A DNA stretch of 64,000 nt from the NCBI RefSeq assembly GCF_006345805.1, contig NC_043025.1:13826001-13890000 (forward strand), read 5' to 3'. The position numbers and the translations under genes were made by a program. Of the stretch, positions 13,306-26,270 are shown piece after piece. The stretch is from Octopus sinensis. Lineage: Eukaryota. Numbering within the stretch: the first letter of the stretch is position 1; each line of letters opens with the position of its first letter. A model generated the notes under the pieces. The model had not been told where the DNA came from. It did not search any database and saw only the letters and a program-made list of their open reading frames with translations.

Positions 13306-14282
13306 TTCCAACTGATCCAGTGATCCAGAGGAGGCACGTGGCTTAGTGGTTAGGGTGTTGGACCCATGATCGTAAGATTGTGGTTTCAATTCCTGCCCCA
13401 GGCAACGCATTGTGTTCTGGAGCAAAAAGCTTCATTTCAAATTATTGCAGTCCACTCAGCTGTAAAGAGGGTCACCCTCAGAGAGACCAGCCTTCTGGTC
13501 GGCAGGGGAGTGGGGGAAAATTGGCCTGTTCCTCACCAAGCCAGTGGTGGAGAGGGCATCATTTGAGAGCTGAAACAGTGCAAAGCGCACTGTGACCAGC
13601 GATGTACAACAACATCTGATAGTCTCTCGTTGGCCACGTCGTCACATTCGTACAATAGCAACACAACTTTCTTATCAAGACATGCACTTCATATAAACAT
13701 ACGCACACACACACACACTCACACATTCACACACACACACACAAACACTCACACACACACATTCTCACATACACACACACAATCCATATCACTACATTCA
13801 CACACACACACATGTATACACACGCACACAAACATGCAGGCCATGCATACACACACACATTTCTTATCACTCCACCCCTATATACACACACACTTCTTAT
13901 CACTCCACCCCTATATACACACACACTTCTTATCACTCCACCCCTATATACACACACACTTCTTATCCCACCCGACACACACACTTCTTATCACTCCCAC
14001 CCTTACACACACACACCCTTCTTACCACTCACCCCTATACACATACACAACACACACACACTCATACACACATACTGCTTATCACCCCACCCCTGCACTT
14101 CTCATTACCCCACCGCTACACACATACACAGACACACTCACACACACATATACATACACACTATATCACTGTATTCACACAAATACAAACAAACACACAC
14201 CCTACACACATACTCCATACAACCACAGATACACACATATCACACAACACTCCCACACATTGTATCACCATACACACCCATC

Positions 14283-14560
14283 CTATTGAATACACACACA
14301 CACACATACTAACACTGCATATCGTCATACACACACACACACATACTAACACTGCATATCGTCATACACACACACACACATACTAACACTGCATATCGTC
14401 ATACACACACACACACATACTAACACTGCATATCGTCATACACACACACACACACATACTACACTGCATATCGTCATACACACCACACACACATACTAAC
14501 ACTGCATATCGTCATACACACACACACACACATACTAACACTGCATATCGTCATACACAC
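14283..14560. repeat. 34-36 bp tandem repeat, ~8 units
   Basis: (AC)nATACTAACACTGCATATCGTCAT. Confidence 0.9.
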
Positions 14561-14641
14561 ACAGACAGCCACAAACGCACACCCATCCACACAAGCAAAT
14601 AATGAAATTTTAAAAAAATCAAAACAAAATTGCATTAATTA

Positions 14642-15048
14642 GGCGCAGGAGTGGCTGTGTGGTAAATAGCTTCTTTACCAACCACATGGTTCTGGGTTCA
14701 GTCCCACTGCGTGGCACCTTGGGCAAGTGTCTTCTACTATAGCCTCGGGCCGACCAAAGCCTTGTGAGTGAATTTGGTGAGCGGAAACTGAAAGAAGCCC
14801 GTCGTATATATGTATATATATATATGTGTGCGTGTATGTTTGTGTGTCTGTGTTTGTCCCCCAAGCATTGCTTGACAACCGATGCTGGTGTGTTTACGTT
14901 GCCGTCACTTAGTGGTTCGGCAAAAGAGACCGATAGAATAAGTACTCGGCTTACAAAGAATAAGTCCTGGAGTCGATTTGCTCGACTAAAGGCGGTGCTC
15001 CAGCATGGCCGCAGTCAAAAAACTGAAACAAATAAAAGAATAAAAGAG
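14642..15048 (+). mobile_element. SINE family A
   Basis: Full-length copy. Confidence 0.88.
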
Positions 15049-15778
15049 TAATATTTATTTTGAAATACATAGGGTCGCCTTAGTGGCACGTGAACAAAAC
15101 ATTCGAGCGAGGCCATTGCCAGTACTGTTGGACTGGCACCTGTGCAGGTGGCACATAAAAAACACCATTTGAGCGTGACCGTTGCCAGTACAGCCAGACT
15201 GGCCCTCGTGCCGGTGGCACGTAAAAGCAGCCGCTACACTCTTGGAGTGTTTGTCATTAGGAAGGGCATCCAGCTGTAGAAACTCTGCCAGATCAAGATT
15301 GGAGCCTGGTGCAGCCATCTGGCTTGCCAGTCCTCAGTCAAAATCGTCCAACCACTGCTAGCATGGAAAGCGGACGTTAAACGATGATGATGATAATGAT
15401 GATAGCCTTTCCTTAATTAAAACAATATTTTTTATGTGTGATTAGATATACATATATAAAAATGTGTGTGTGTGTGTATCAATATCTCTTCTCTATATAT
15501 AAAACTGAAATGCGTTTTTACCGCTTGGTTTGCTTTCAATGCCACTACATCCCGTCCGATTCGCTCCAAAATTTACAGGGACATGTAGAATGAGGTGACG
15601 ATGCCCTATCTTAAAAATTGTGGTTGCTAGGGGCCATCTTCCTCACTCACGCTATTTCCTCCAGTACCCTCTCACTCCTCTTCATATGACAATGCCACTC
15701 CCATTATTTAATGTAAAGTCTTCCTCAAATCACTCTCTCGCTATTTCCTCTCTTCCAAGAACATTTTCACTCACTCTA

Positions 15779-16672
15779 TAATAATAATAATAATAATAAT
15801 TGTGTACAGTGCTCAGGTGCACTACAACTCATCTAAAGTGTATATATAATCAGGTGTAGTTTCGGCGGATTTCGGAAAGCATAGGGCCTTAATGTATGCA
15901 GTGTCATGGCAGTCAACAACTGACGCAGGCAGTTTATTTCCATGCTTCAGCAACTCTGAGCGTGAAAAAATGTTTCGAAAGTCATGGGAGCTGTATTGTT
16001 TTCTGACTTTGTAGGCATGTCCACGTGTGTTAGACACATGGAGATCAAAAGGTGTTCGTGTTGTTGTTGGTGAGGTGGTTGATAACTTTGTGGGTGTTTA
16101 CCAAGTCCGTCGCCAAACGCCGGAGCTTCAGTGAATCCATGCCCAGGGAAACAAGGCGCTCAGAATATGGTAGGTGTCTGATGGAGGGTATGCGTTTGGT
16201 TGCACGTCTCTGGACAGATTCCAGGAGGTCAATGTTCTGTGCAAGATAGGGGTTCCAACTGATGATGCGAATTCCAAGTGTGTCGTACCATAGCTGTAAT
16301 AACAGTTTTAAATAAATAGATGGCTGGAGAGCGGCTAACAAAAGACCTGCTGAGTGATGCCAAGACAAACCTCGCCTTCCTGACAATCTTAGAGATATGC
16401 TTTGACCAACGCAAATCACTGCTGACAGTGATGCCTAGGTCATGCTCGCAAGAGGATTTCTTGATATCAGTGTTGTGGAGGGAGTAAGTGAACGCAGGGT
16501 TTTTTCTCCCAAAATGCATGGTGGTACACTTGTCCACAGCCAGTTTCAGTTGCCAGTCTGTGATCCATTGCTGCATTGTGTCTAGGTCTGATTGCAGGAA
16601 AGAGTTGTAGACATCAAGATCTGTCCTCTTGATTTCAAGGTACAGCTTGATGTCGTCTGCATATTTCAATAC
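15779..16672 (-). mobile_element. CR1-clade LINE 3' fragment (RT C-terminus, frameshifted) with (ATT)n tail
   Basis: KYADDIKLY, DLGITVSSDLRWSKHI, WNPYLAQNIDLLESVQRRATKRI, LRRLATDL, TRGHAYKVRK. Confidence 0.9.
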
Positions 16673-16853
16673 TGTCTCTTAGCTTCCCATACATTTTACT
16701 CATGTATCTGTCTCCGTTCATAGACAGAAACAAATATTCCATCGCAATCGCCTAAGCTGGCCGTGACTAGTCGATCCTACGACGACCTACCTAGCAAAGT
16801 AAATAACACAAATACACAATGTAAGAATCGACTAGTCATGACTAGCTGGCGCG

Positions 16854-19800
16854 TGTGCTTGTTCTTGTCTGTGTGTGTGTGTGGGTGGTTGTTCTTGTCT
16901 GTGTGTGTGTGTGGGTGGTTGTTCTTGTCTGTGTGTGTGTGTGGGTGGTTGTTCTTGTCTGTGTGTGTGTGTGGGTGGTTGTTCTTGTCTGTGTGTGTGT
17001 GTGGGTGGTTGTTCTTGTCTGTGTGTGTGTGTGGGTGGTTGTTCTTGTCTGTGTGTGTGTGTGTGTGGTTGTTCTTGTCTGTGTGTGTGTGTGTGCTTGT
17101 TCTTGTCTGTGTGTGTGTGTGTGCTTGTTCTTGTCTGTGTGTGTGTGTGTGTGTACTTGTTCTTGTCTGTGTGTGTGTGTGTGTGTACTTGTTCTTGTCT
17201 GTGTGTGTGTGTGTGTGTACTTGGACTTGTCTTGTGTCTGTGTGTGTGTGTGTGTGTACTTGTTCTGTCTGTGTGTGTGTGTGTGTACTTGTTCTTGTCT
17301 GTGTGTGTGTGTGTGTGTACTTGTTCTTGTCTGTGTCTGTGTGTGTGTGTGCTTGTTCTTGTCTGTGTGTGTGTGTGTGCTTGTTCTTGTCTGTGTGTGT
17401 GAGTGTGTGTGCTTGTTCTTGTCTCTGTGTGTGTGTGTACTTGTTCTTGTCTGTGTGTGTGTGTGTGCTTGTTCTTGTCTCTGTGTGTGTGTGTACTTGT
17501 TCTTGTCTGTGTGTGTGTGTGTGCTGGTTTCTTGTCTGTGTGTGTGTGTGTGTGCTTCTTGTTGTCTTGTCTGTGTGTGTGTGTGTGTGTACTTGTTCTT
17601 GTCTGTGTGTGTGTGTGTGCTTGTTCTTGTCTGTGTGTGTGTGTGTTGCTTGTCTTGTCTGTGTGTGTGTGTGTGTGTTACTTGTTCTTGTCTGTGTGTG
17701 TGTGTGTGCTTGTTCTTGTCTGTGTGTGTGTGTGTGCTTGTTCTTGTCTGTGTGTGTGTGTGTGTGTACTTGTTCTTGTCTGTGTGTGTGTGTGTGCTTG
17801 TTCTTGTCTGTGTGTGTGTGTGTGCTTGTTCTTGTCTGTGTGTGTGTGTGTGTGTACTTGTTCTTGTCTGTGTGTGTGTGTGTGCTTGTTCTTGTCTGTG
17901 TGTGTGTGTGTGCTTGTTCTTGTCTGTGTGTGTGTGTGTGTGTGTTGCTTGTTCTGTCTCTGTGGTTGTGTGTACTTGTTCTTGTCTGTGTGTGTGTGTG
18001 CTTGTTCTTGTCTGTGTGTGTGTGTGTGCTTGTTCTTGTCTGTGTGTGTGTGTGTGTGTACTTGTTCTTGTCTGTGTTGTGTGCGTGTGCTTGTTCTTGT
18101 CTCTGTGTGTGTGGTGTGTGCTTGTTCTTGTCTCTGTGTGTGTGTGGTACTTGTTCTTGTCTGTGTGTGTGTGTGTGCTTGTTCTTGTCTGTGTGTGTGT
18201 GTGTGTACTTGTCTTGTCTGTGTGTGTGTGTGTGTTTGTTCTTGTCTGTGTGTGTGTGTTTGTTCTTGTCTGTGTGTGTTTGTTCTTGTCTGTGTGTGTG
18301 TGTGTGTTTGTTCTTGTCTGTGTGTGTGTGTGTGTTTGTTCTTGTCTGTGTGTGTGTGTGTGTTTGTTCTTGTCTGTGTGTGTGTGTGTGTTTGTTCTTG
18401 TCTGTGTGTGTTTGTTCTTGTCTGTGTGTGTGTGTGTGTTTGTTCTTGTCTGTGTGTGTGTGTGTGTTTGTTCTTGTCTGTGTGTGTGTGTGTGTGTACT
18501 TGTTCTTGTCTGTGTGTGTGTGTGTTGCTTGTTCTTGTCTGTGTGTGTGTGTGTGTGTACTTGTTCTTGTCTGTGTGTGTGTTGTGCTTGTTCTTGTCTG
18601 GTGTGTGTGTGTGTGCTTGTTCTTGTCTGTGTGTGTGTGTGTGTGCTTGTTCTTGTCTGTGTGTGTGTGCTTGTTCTTGTCTGTGTGTGTGTGTGTGCTT
18701 GTTCTTGTCTGTGTGTGTGTGTGTGTGCTTGTTCTTGTCTGTGTGTGTGTGCTTGTTCTTGTCTGTGTGTGTGTGTGTGCTTGTTCTTGTCTGTGGGTGT
18801 GTGTGTGTGTTTGTTCTTGTCTGTGTGTGTGGTGCTTGTTCTTGTCTGTGTGTGTGTGTGTGCTTGTTCTTGTCTGTGTGTGTGTGTGTGTGTGCTTGTT
18901 CTTGTCTGTGTGTGTGTGTGTGCTTGTTCTTGTCTGTGTGTGTGTGCTTGTTCTTGTTCTGTGTGTGTGTGTGTGCTTGTTCTTGTCTGTGTGTGGTGTG
19001 TGTGTACTTGTTCTTGTCTGTGTGGTGGTGTGTGCTTGTTCTTGTCTGTGTGTGTGTGTGTGTGTACTTGTTCTTGTCTGTGTGTGTGTGCTTGTTCTTG
19101 TCTGTGTGTGTGTGTGTCTTGTTCTTGTCTGTGTGTGTGTGTGTGTGTGTACTTGTTCTTGTCTGTGTGTGTGTGTGTGCTTGTTCTTGCTTGTCTGTGT
19201 GTGGTGTGTGTACTTGTTCTTGTCTGTGGTGTGTGTGTGCTTGTTCTTGTCTTGTGTGTGTGTGTGGGTACTGTTCTTTCTGTGTGTGTGTGTGTGCTGT
19301 TCTTGTCTGTGTGTGTGTGTGTTGCTTGTTCTTGTCGTGGTGTGTGTGTGTGCTTGTTCTTGTCTGTGTGTGTGTGCTTGTTCTTGTCTGTGTGTTGTGT
19401 GTGGCTTGTTCTTGTCTGTGTGTGTGTTGTGTGCTTGTTCTTGTCTGTGTGGTGTGTGCTTGTTCTTGTCTGTGTGTGTGTGTGTGTGCTTGTTCTTGTC
19501 TGTGTGTGTGTTGTGTGTGCTTGTTTTGTCTGTGTGTGTGTGTGTGCTTGTTCTTGTCTGTGTGTGTGTGTGTGTGTACTTGTTCTTGTCTGTGTGTGTG
19601 TGTGTGTGCTTGTTCTTGTCTGTGTGTGTGTGTGTGTTTGTTCTTGTCTGGTGTGTGTTGTGTGTGTGCTTGTTCTTGTCTGTGTGTGGTGTGTGTGGTA
19701 CTTGTTCTTGTCTGTGTGTGTGTGTGTGCTTGTTCTTGTCTGTGTGTGTGTGTGTGCTTGTTCTTGTCTGTGTGTGTGTGTGTGTGCTTGTTCTTGTCTG

Positions 19801-21705
19801 TGTGTGTGTGCTTGTTCTTGTCTGTGTGTGTGTGTGTGCTTGTTCTTGTCTGTGTGTGTGTGTGTGTGTGCTTGTTCTTGTCTGTGTGTGTGTGTGTGCT
19901 TGTTCTTGTCTGTGTGTGTGTGTGTGTACTTGTTCTTGTCTGTGTGTGTTGTGTGCTTGTTCTTGTCTGTGTGTGTGTGTGTGCTTGTTCTTGTCTGTGT
20001 GGTGTGTGTGTGTACTTGTTCTTGTCTCTGTGTGTTGCTGGGTTGCTTGTCTTGTCTGTGTGTGTGAGTGTGTGGTTGTTCTGTCTCTGTGTGTGTGCGT
20101 GTGCTTGTTCTTGTCTGTGTGTGTGTGTGTGTGCTTGTTCTTGTCTCTGTGTGTGTGTGTACTTGTTCTTGTCTGTGTGTGTGTGTGTGTACTTGTTCTT
20201 GTCTGTGTGTGTGTGTGTGCTTGTTCTTGTCTGTGTGTGTGTGTGTGCTTGTTCTTGTCTGTGTGTGTGTGTGTGTGTACTTGTTCTTGTCTGTGTGTGT
20301 GTGTGTGCTTGTTCTTGTCTGTGTGTGTGTGTGTGTTTGTTCTTGTCTGTGTGTGTGTGTGTGTTTGTTCTTGTCTGTGTGTGTGTGTGTGTGCTTGTTC
20401 TTGTCTGTGTGTGTGTGTGTGTTTGTTCTTGTCTGTGTGTGTGTGTGTGTTTGTTCTTGTCTGTGTGTGTGTGTGTGTTTGTTCTTGTCTGTGTGTGTGT
20501 GTGTGTTTGTTCTTGTCTGTGTGTGTGTGTGTGTGTTTGTTCTTGTCTGTGTGTGTGTGTGTGTTTGTTCTTGTCTGTGTGTGTGTGTGTTTGTTCTTGT
20601 CTGTGTGTGTGTGTGTGTTTGTTCTTGTCTGTGTGTGTGTGTGTGTTTGTTCTTGTCTGTGTGTGTGTGTGTGTTTGTTCTTGTCTGTGTGTGGTGTGTG
20701 TGGTACTTGTTCTTGTCTGTGTGTGTGTGTGTTTGTTCTTGTCTGTGTGTGTGTGTGTTGCTTGTTCTTGTCTGTGTGTGTGTGTGTGTTTGTTCTTGTC
20801 TGTGTGTGTGTGTGTGTGTGCTTGTTCTTGTCTGTGTGTGTGTGCTTGTTCTTGTCTGTGTGTGTGTGTGTGTTTGTTCTTGTCTGTGTGTGTGTGTGTG
20901 TTTGTTCTTGTCTGTGTGTGTGTGTGTGCTTGTTCTTGTCTGTGTGTGTGTGTGTGTGTACTTGTTCTTGTCTGTGTGTGTGTGTGTGCTTGTTCTTGTC
21001 TGTGTGTGTGTGTGTGTGTGCTTGTTCTTGTCTGTGTGTGTGTGCTTGTTCTTGTCTGTGTGTGTGTGTGTGCTTGTTCTTGTCTGTGTGTGTGTGTGTG
21101 TGTACTTGTTCTTGTCTGTGTGTGTGTGTGTGCTTGTTCTTGTCTGTGTGTGTGTGTGTGTGTACTTGTTCTTGTCTGTGTGTGTGTGTGTGCTTGTTCT
21201 TGTCTGTGTGTGTGTGTGTGTGTGCTTGTTCTTGTCTGTGTGTGTGTGTGTGTGTGCTGTTTTCTGTCTGTGTGGTGTGTGTGTGCTTGTTTTGTCTGTG
21301 TGTGTGTGTGTGTGTACTTGTTCTTGTCTGTGTGTGGTGTGTGTGCTTGTTCTTGTCTGTGTGTGTGTGTGTGTACTTGTTCTTGTCTGTTGTGTGTGTT
21401 GTGCTTGTTCTTGTCTGTGTGTGTGTGTGTGTGTGCTTGTTCTTGTCTGTGTGTGTGTGCTTGTTCTTGTCTGTGTGTGTGTGTGTGCTTGTTCTTGTCT
21501 GTGTGTGTGTGTTGTGTGCTTGTTCTTGTCTGTGTGTGTGTGTGTGCTTGTTCTTGTCTGTGTGTGTGTGTGTGTGTGCTTGTTCTTGTCTGTGTGTGTG
21601 TGTGTGTACTTGTTCTTGTCTGTGTGTGTGTGCTTGTTCTTGTCTGTGTGTGTGTGTGTGTGTGCTTGTTCTTGTCAGTGTGTGTCTGTGTGTGTGCTTG
21701 TTCTT
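16854..21705. repeat. ~4.9 kb compound satellite of (GT)n + GCTTGTTCTTGTCT units (~27-30 bp)
   Basis: Core (g/a/t)CTTGTTCTTGTCT repeated with variable GT tracts; roughly 160-180 units by length estimate. Confidence 0.95.
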
Positions 21706-21917
21706 TTCCATTCTGTTTCTATGTTTTTCCCTGGGTTTCTCGAGTATAGATATAACGACATTATACCAGCAATGTCTCATCTTAAAAAAAAACCTTGCTT
21801 ATTTCTTCTCACCTGCTTCAGGTGTGTATGTAAATTCCGCCAATTTCCAACAAGAAAAACAGAATCGAAGTTTATGCATCGCAAATATCAGGAAACCAGA
21901 ATGCCGTATCGGTTATA

Positions 21918-22530
21918 CTACTCTTTTACTTGTATCAGCCATTTGACTGCGGCCATGCTGGAGCACCGCCATTTAGTTGAGCAAATCGACCCCAAGACTT
22001 ATTCTTCATAAGCCCAGTACTTATTCTATGGGTCTCTTTTGCCGAACCGCTAAGTTACGTGGACGTATACACACCAGCATCGGTTGTCGAGTGTTGTTGG
22101 GGGACAAACATACACACATATATATATATATATATAGGCGCAGGAGTGGCTGTGTGGTAAGTAGCTTGCTAACCAACCACATGGTTCCGGGTTCAGTCCC
22201 ACTGCGTGGCACCTTGGGCAGGTGTCTTCTACTATAGCCTCGGGCCGACCAAAGCCTTGTCAGTGGATTTGGTAGACGGAAACTGAAAGAAGCCCGTCGT
22301 ATATATGTATATATATATATATGTATGTGTGTGTTTGTGTTTGTCCCCCCTAGCATTGTTTGACAACCGATGCTGGTGTGTTTACGTTCCCGTCACTTAG
22401 CGGTTCAGCAAAAGAGACCGATAGAATAAGTACTGGGCTTACAAAGAATAAGTCCCGGGGTCGATTTGCTCGACTAAAAGCGGTGCTCCAGCATGGCCAC
22501 AGTCAAATGGCTGAAACAAGTAAAAGAGTA
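21918..22530. mobile_element. SINE family A: minus-strand 3' half (21918-22110) back to back with a plus-strand full copy (22137-22530)
   Basis: The two 3' halves form an inverted repeat. Confidence 0.85.
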
Positions 22531-23334
22531 ATACCTCACCTTATAAGAACCTGCTCTACGAGACCCTGGGTTTACAAGTTTTTTTCCACCTCACTTTTCT
22601 ATGATGAGCTAAAATTTTTCAAGTACAAGATCCATATATTGAATGAATTCCAAAAGTTTCTACTACCATAACAAATGCTTCTGCGTATTACCACGAAATA
22701 TATAGAGGGCAAAAACTCTAGACTTGTTTTTTAAAAAGAGATCTACAGGTCTGTCCATGAGTGCTTGTGAATTGGTGATTGTGTCTACAAGTGATGGTGT
22801 GTTTAAGTCCAGTGAAAATGAAAGTAATTCAGAAAACCATAATAATAATAATAATATTTTTTTATTATAAATGATCTTAACATTCTTTTTATTTTACAAA
22901 AAATATTTTTTACATTCTCCTGTTGTTTTATTGCCATTTATTTACAAGTATTATAAATTTTACAGGTAGAATATTTTTCTGGGAACCAATTGCCAGGACC
23001 CCTGGACTGGTGGCACGTAAAAAGCGCTATCCGTATCGTGGCCGATGCCATTGCCGCCTCGACTGGCTTCCGTGCCGGTGGCACGTAAAATGCACCAATC
23101 CGATCATGGCCGTTGCCAGCGTCACCTGGCACCTGTACAGGTGGCACGTAGAAAGCACCCACTATACTCATGGAGTGGTTGGCGTTAGGAAGGGCATCCA
23201 GCTGTAGAAACACTGCCAGATCAGACTGGAGCCTGGTGCAGCCTTCTGGCTTCCCAGATCCCCGGTCGAACCATCCAACCCATGCTAGCATGGAAAGCGC
23301 ACGCTAAACGATGATGATGATGAATTAGGAGTTA

Positions 23335-24010
23335 AAACGCTGCTCCTATGGGAGATTATTGTTCTGTTTTACAAGTTTCCGGTTTACAAGCAGACTCTGT
23401 GAAACGCTGCTCCTATGGGAGATTATTGTTCTGTTTTACAAGTTTCAGGTTTACAAGCAGACTCTGTGAAACGCTGCTCTATGGGAGATTATTGTTCTGT
23501 TTTACAAGTTTCCGGTTTACAAGCAGACTCTGTGAACGCTGCTCCTATGGGAATTATTGTTCTGTTTTACAAGTTTCCGGTTTACAAGCAGACTCTGTGA
23601 AACGCTGCTCCTATGGGAGATTATTGTTCTTTTTTACAAGTTTCCGGTTTACAAGCAGACTCTGTGAAACGCTGCTCCTATGGGAGATTATTGTTCTGTT
23701 TTACAAGTTTCCGGTTTACAAGCAGACTCTGTGAAACGCTGCTCCTATGGGAGATTATTGTTCTGTTTTACAAGTTTCCGGTTTACAAGCAGACTCTGTG
23801 AAACGCTGCTCCTATGGGAGATTATTGTTCTGTTTTTACAAGTTTCCGGTTTACAAGCAGACTCTGTGAAACGCTGCTCCTATGGGAGATTATTGTTCTG
23901 TTTTACAAGTTTCCGGTTTACAAGCAGACTCTGTGAAACGCTGCTCCTATGGGAGATTATTGTTCTGTTTTACAAGTTTCCGGTTTCCAAGCAGACCCTG
24001 GGAACTCCCA
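23335..24010 (+). repeat. 67-bp tandem array, ~10 units
   Basis: Unit GAAACGCTGCTCCTATGGGAGATTATTGTTCTGTTTTACAAGTTTCCGGTTTACAAGCAGACTCTGT. Confidence 0.95.
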
Positions 24011-24291
24011 TATCAAGGCATTATTTTACATATATTTGTGTGTGTGAAACTGATTAACTAAATACACGTTCAGGTGTAGTTTTATTGGGATTAAAATACC
24101 AGCAATGTCAGAGCAAAACTTTTTACAACAGTTCACCTGCATTTAATCAGGCACTCTCTCTTTTTCGTTGCGGTAGTCTTATTCTACTAGCGACACAAAC
24201 AGGACGTGTGTTGTGTTTTATTATTCCTAAGATAACCTTATAGAAGATATTACCTTCATAGAAAGAATTATGATACAGATACAATTACTCA

Positions 24292-24667
24292 CTAGCAGTA
24301 TCGCCCGGCATTGCTCGGGTCTCTAAGGGAAATAACTATAAAGCATTTTCAGAGATGTAAAGTATAATAGCCATCGCAATTTGTTACTGTAGCCTTTTAC
24401 TTTCTGAGATTTAATAATACATTTTTAGAGAGTTACTTCCCTTATATAATAGCAAAAAATTGAATTAAAAATGGGGAAAAAAATGATGGTAAATTTCTTT
24501 TTAAATCGTACACTCATCGTAGACGCGCGCTAATACCCAGAAGGGCTCGATATGAATCACGACTATAAGATACCTGCTTTTGGTTACACTACACCGCAAA
24601 ATGTGGGAGTAGTTAGGAATCTAAATCGTAGGAGACAGATACACAACTTCACTTTTATATATAAAGA
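24292..24667 (-). mobile_element. Non-autonomous Helitron-type element (376 bp)
   Basis: Minus strand starts TC (TCTTTATATATAAAAG), ends with hairpin CCCGAGCAATGCCGGG then CTAG, and lies between A and T. Confidence 0.8.
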
Positions 24668-24834
24668 TATTACAGTGATATGGCTTCTCCCATGCAAAAA
24701 TGTATTTATGTATATAGTTAAGTTAGCATTTTGAAAGAAGGATGTATTATAGATTTTTCAGCCGCAAGAATGGATTTGTGTTTAGTTAGCTGATTATTTT
24801 GAGAGAATGATTTATCACAGTGATATGGCTTTCC

Positions 24835-25854
24835 TCACGTATGTGTAAGTTTGTGTCTAGCCAAGCTATTTTTTATAGAAAATGATTTATCACAGATCTC
24901 ACACTGATATGGCTTTTCTCCTGTATGAACACGTCTGTGATTAGCTAAGTGATCCCTTCGAAAGAAAGATTTACCACAGATATCACAGTGGTATGTCACC
25001 TCTATTATATGAACAGATTTGTGTCTAGTGAAGCAACTGCCATCAGAGAATGATTTACCACAGATATCACACCGATATGGCTTCTCTCCTGTATGAACAC
25101 GTCTGTGTGTAATTAGAGTATGTTTCTGAGTAAATACTTGACCACAAATGTCACACCGATATGGCTTCTCTCCTGTATGAACACGTTTGTGTTTAGTTAA
25201 GAGATCACTTAGAGAGAATGATTTACCACAGATATCGCAGTGATATGGCTTTTCCCCTGTATGAATGCGTTTGTGTCTAGATAGTCGATTTCCTTCAGGG
25301 AATGATTTACCACAGATATCACAGCGATGTGGCTTCTCTCCTGTATGAATGTGTTTGTGTCTAGTTAAGTGATTATTTCGATAGAATGTTTTACCACAGA
25401 TATCACACCGATATGGCTTCTCTCCTGCATGAACAAGTTTGTGTGTAGTCAAGTAATTGCTTCGAGAGAATGATTTACCACAGATATCACACCGATATGG
25501 CTTTTCTCCTGTATGAACACGTTTGTGTATAGTTAAGGTATGCGCTTGAGAGAATGATTCACCACAAATGTCACAGTCAAATGGCTTCTCTCCTGTATGA
25601 ATGCGTTTGTGTCTAGATAGTTGACTTCCTTCAGAGAATGATTTACCACAGATATCACAGCGATGTGGCTTTTCTCCTGTATGAATACGTTTGTGAACAA
25701 TGAGATTACCTTTTTGAGAGAATGACATTTTACATATATCACAAGAATAGGGTTTTTGCCGTCCGTCTTTTCGCTTCTCATCAAGAAAATCATTATTGTC
25801 CAACTCTGATTTACATTTAACACTGCCGCCTTCACAGAATTCGTTTTCCATCAT
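24835..25854 (-). CDS. C2H2 zinc-finger protein, 339 aa, 11 tandem fingers, single coding exon
   Basis: Intact ORF: short acidic N-terminus (MMENEFCEGG...) then 11 C-x2-C-x12-H-x3-H units, mostly with TGEKP linkers. Confidence 0.93.
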   Translation of the reverse strand: MMENEFCEGGSVKCKSELDNNDFLDEKRKDGRQKPYSCDICKMSFSQKGNLIVHKRIHTGEKPHRCDICGKSFSEGSQLSRHKRIHTGEKPFDCDICGESFSQAHTLTIHKRVHTGEKPYRCDICGKSFSRSNYLTTHKLVHAGEKPYRCDICGKTFYRNNHLTRHKHIHTGEKPHRCDICGKSFPEGNRLSRHKRIHTGEKPYHCDICGKSFSLSDLLTKHKRVHTGEKPYRCDICGQVFTQKHTLITHRRVHTGEKPYRCDICGKSFSDGSCFTRHKSVHIIEVTYHCDICGKSFFRRDHLANHRRVHTGEKPYQCEICDKSFSIKNSLARHKLTHT

Positions 25855-26270
25855 TTTCTTCCTCTTACCACAATGTTCAGATGTTTTACTTTTTCCAAAC
25901 TAAATTTTGTTTTTATTAACAAATATTTATTCTCTTTATATTTCCTGAATCTTCTGTTATCTGAAGATGCCTCAAACTCCTTTGTCATCCAAGTTTAATT
26001 AGAATACCATATCATCTTCAAAACATTCCAGACAGTGAAGAAGTAGAGATATTTCGCTAACAGTCTTACTCGGAAGAAATATTCCACAGTAATTCCACCA
26101 TGTGTTTACATATTCTGTGTGATATCTGTTCCCTGTGATGTTCTCCTTTAATCTTTGAAAGATGGCAAACGTCGATTCTGACCACTGAAGTATTCTTTGC
26201 TGCCAATGTCTTCTGGTTATCTGAAATATCAGAGAAACTGCGTCAATCAGGGAGGAGACATAGAAATTTA

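Noticed and set aside
16763-22011. Very long ORFs (1727, 1667, 1448, 1070 aa)
   Set aside because: Open in several frames on both strands only because the (GT)n-CTTGTTCTTGTCT satellite lacks stop codons; the translations are pure VC/HT repeats.
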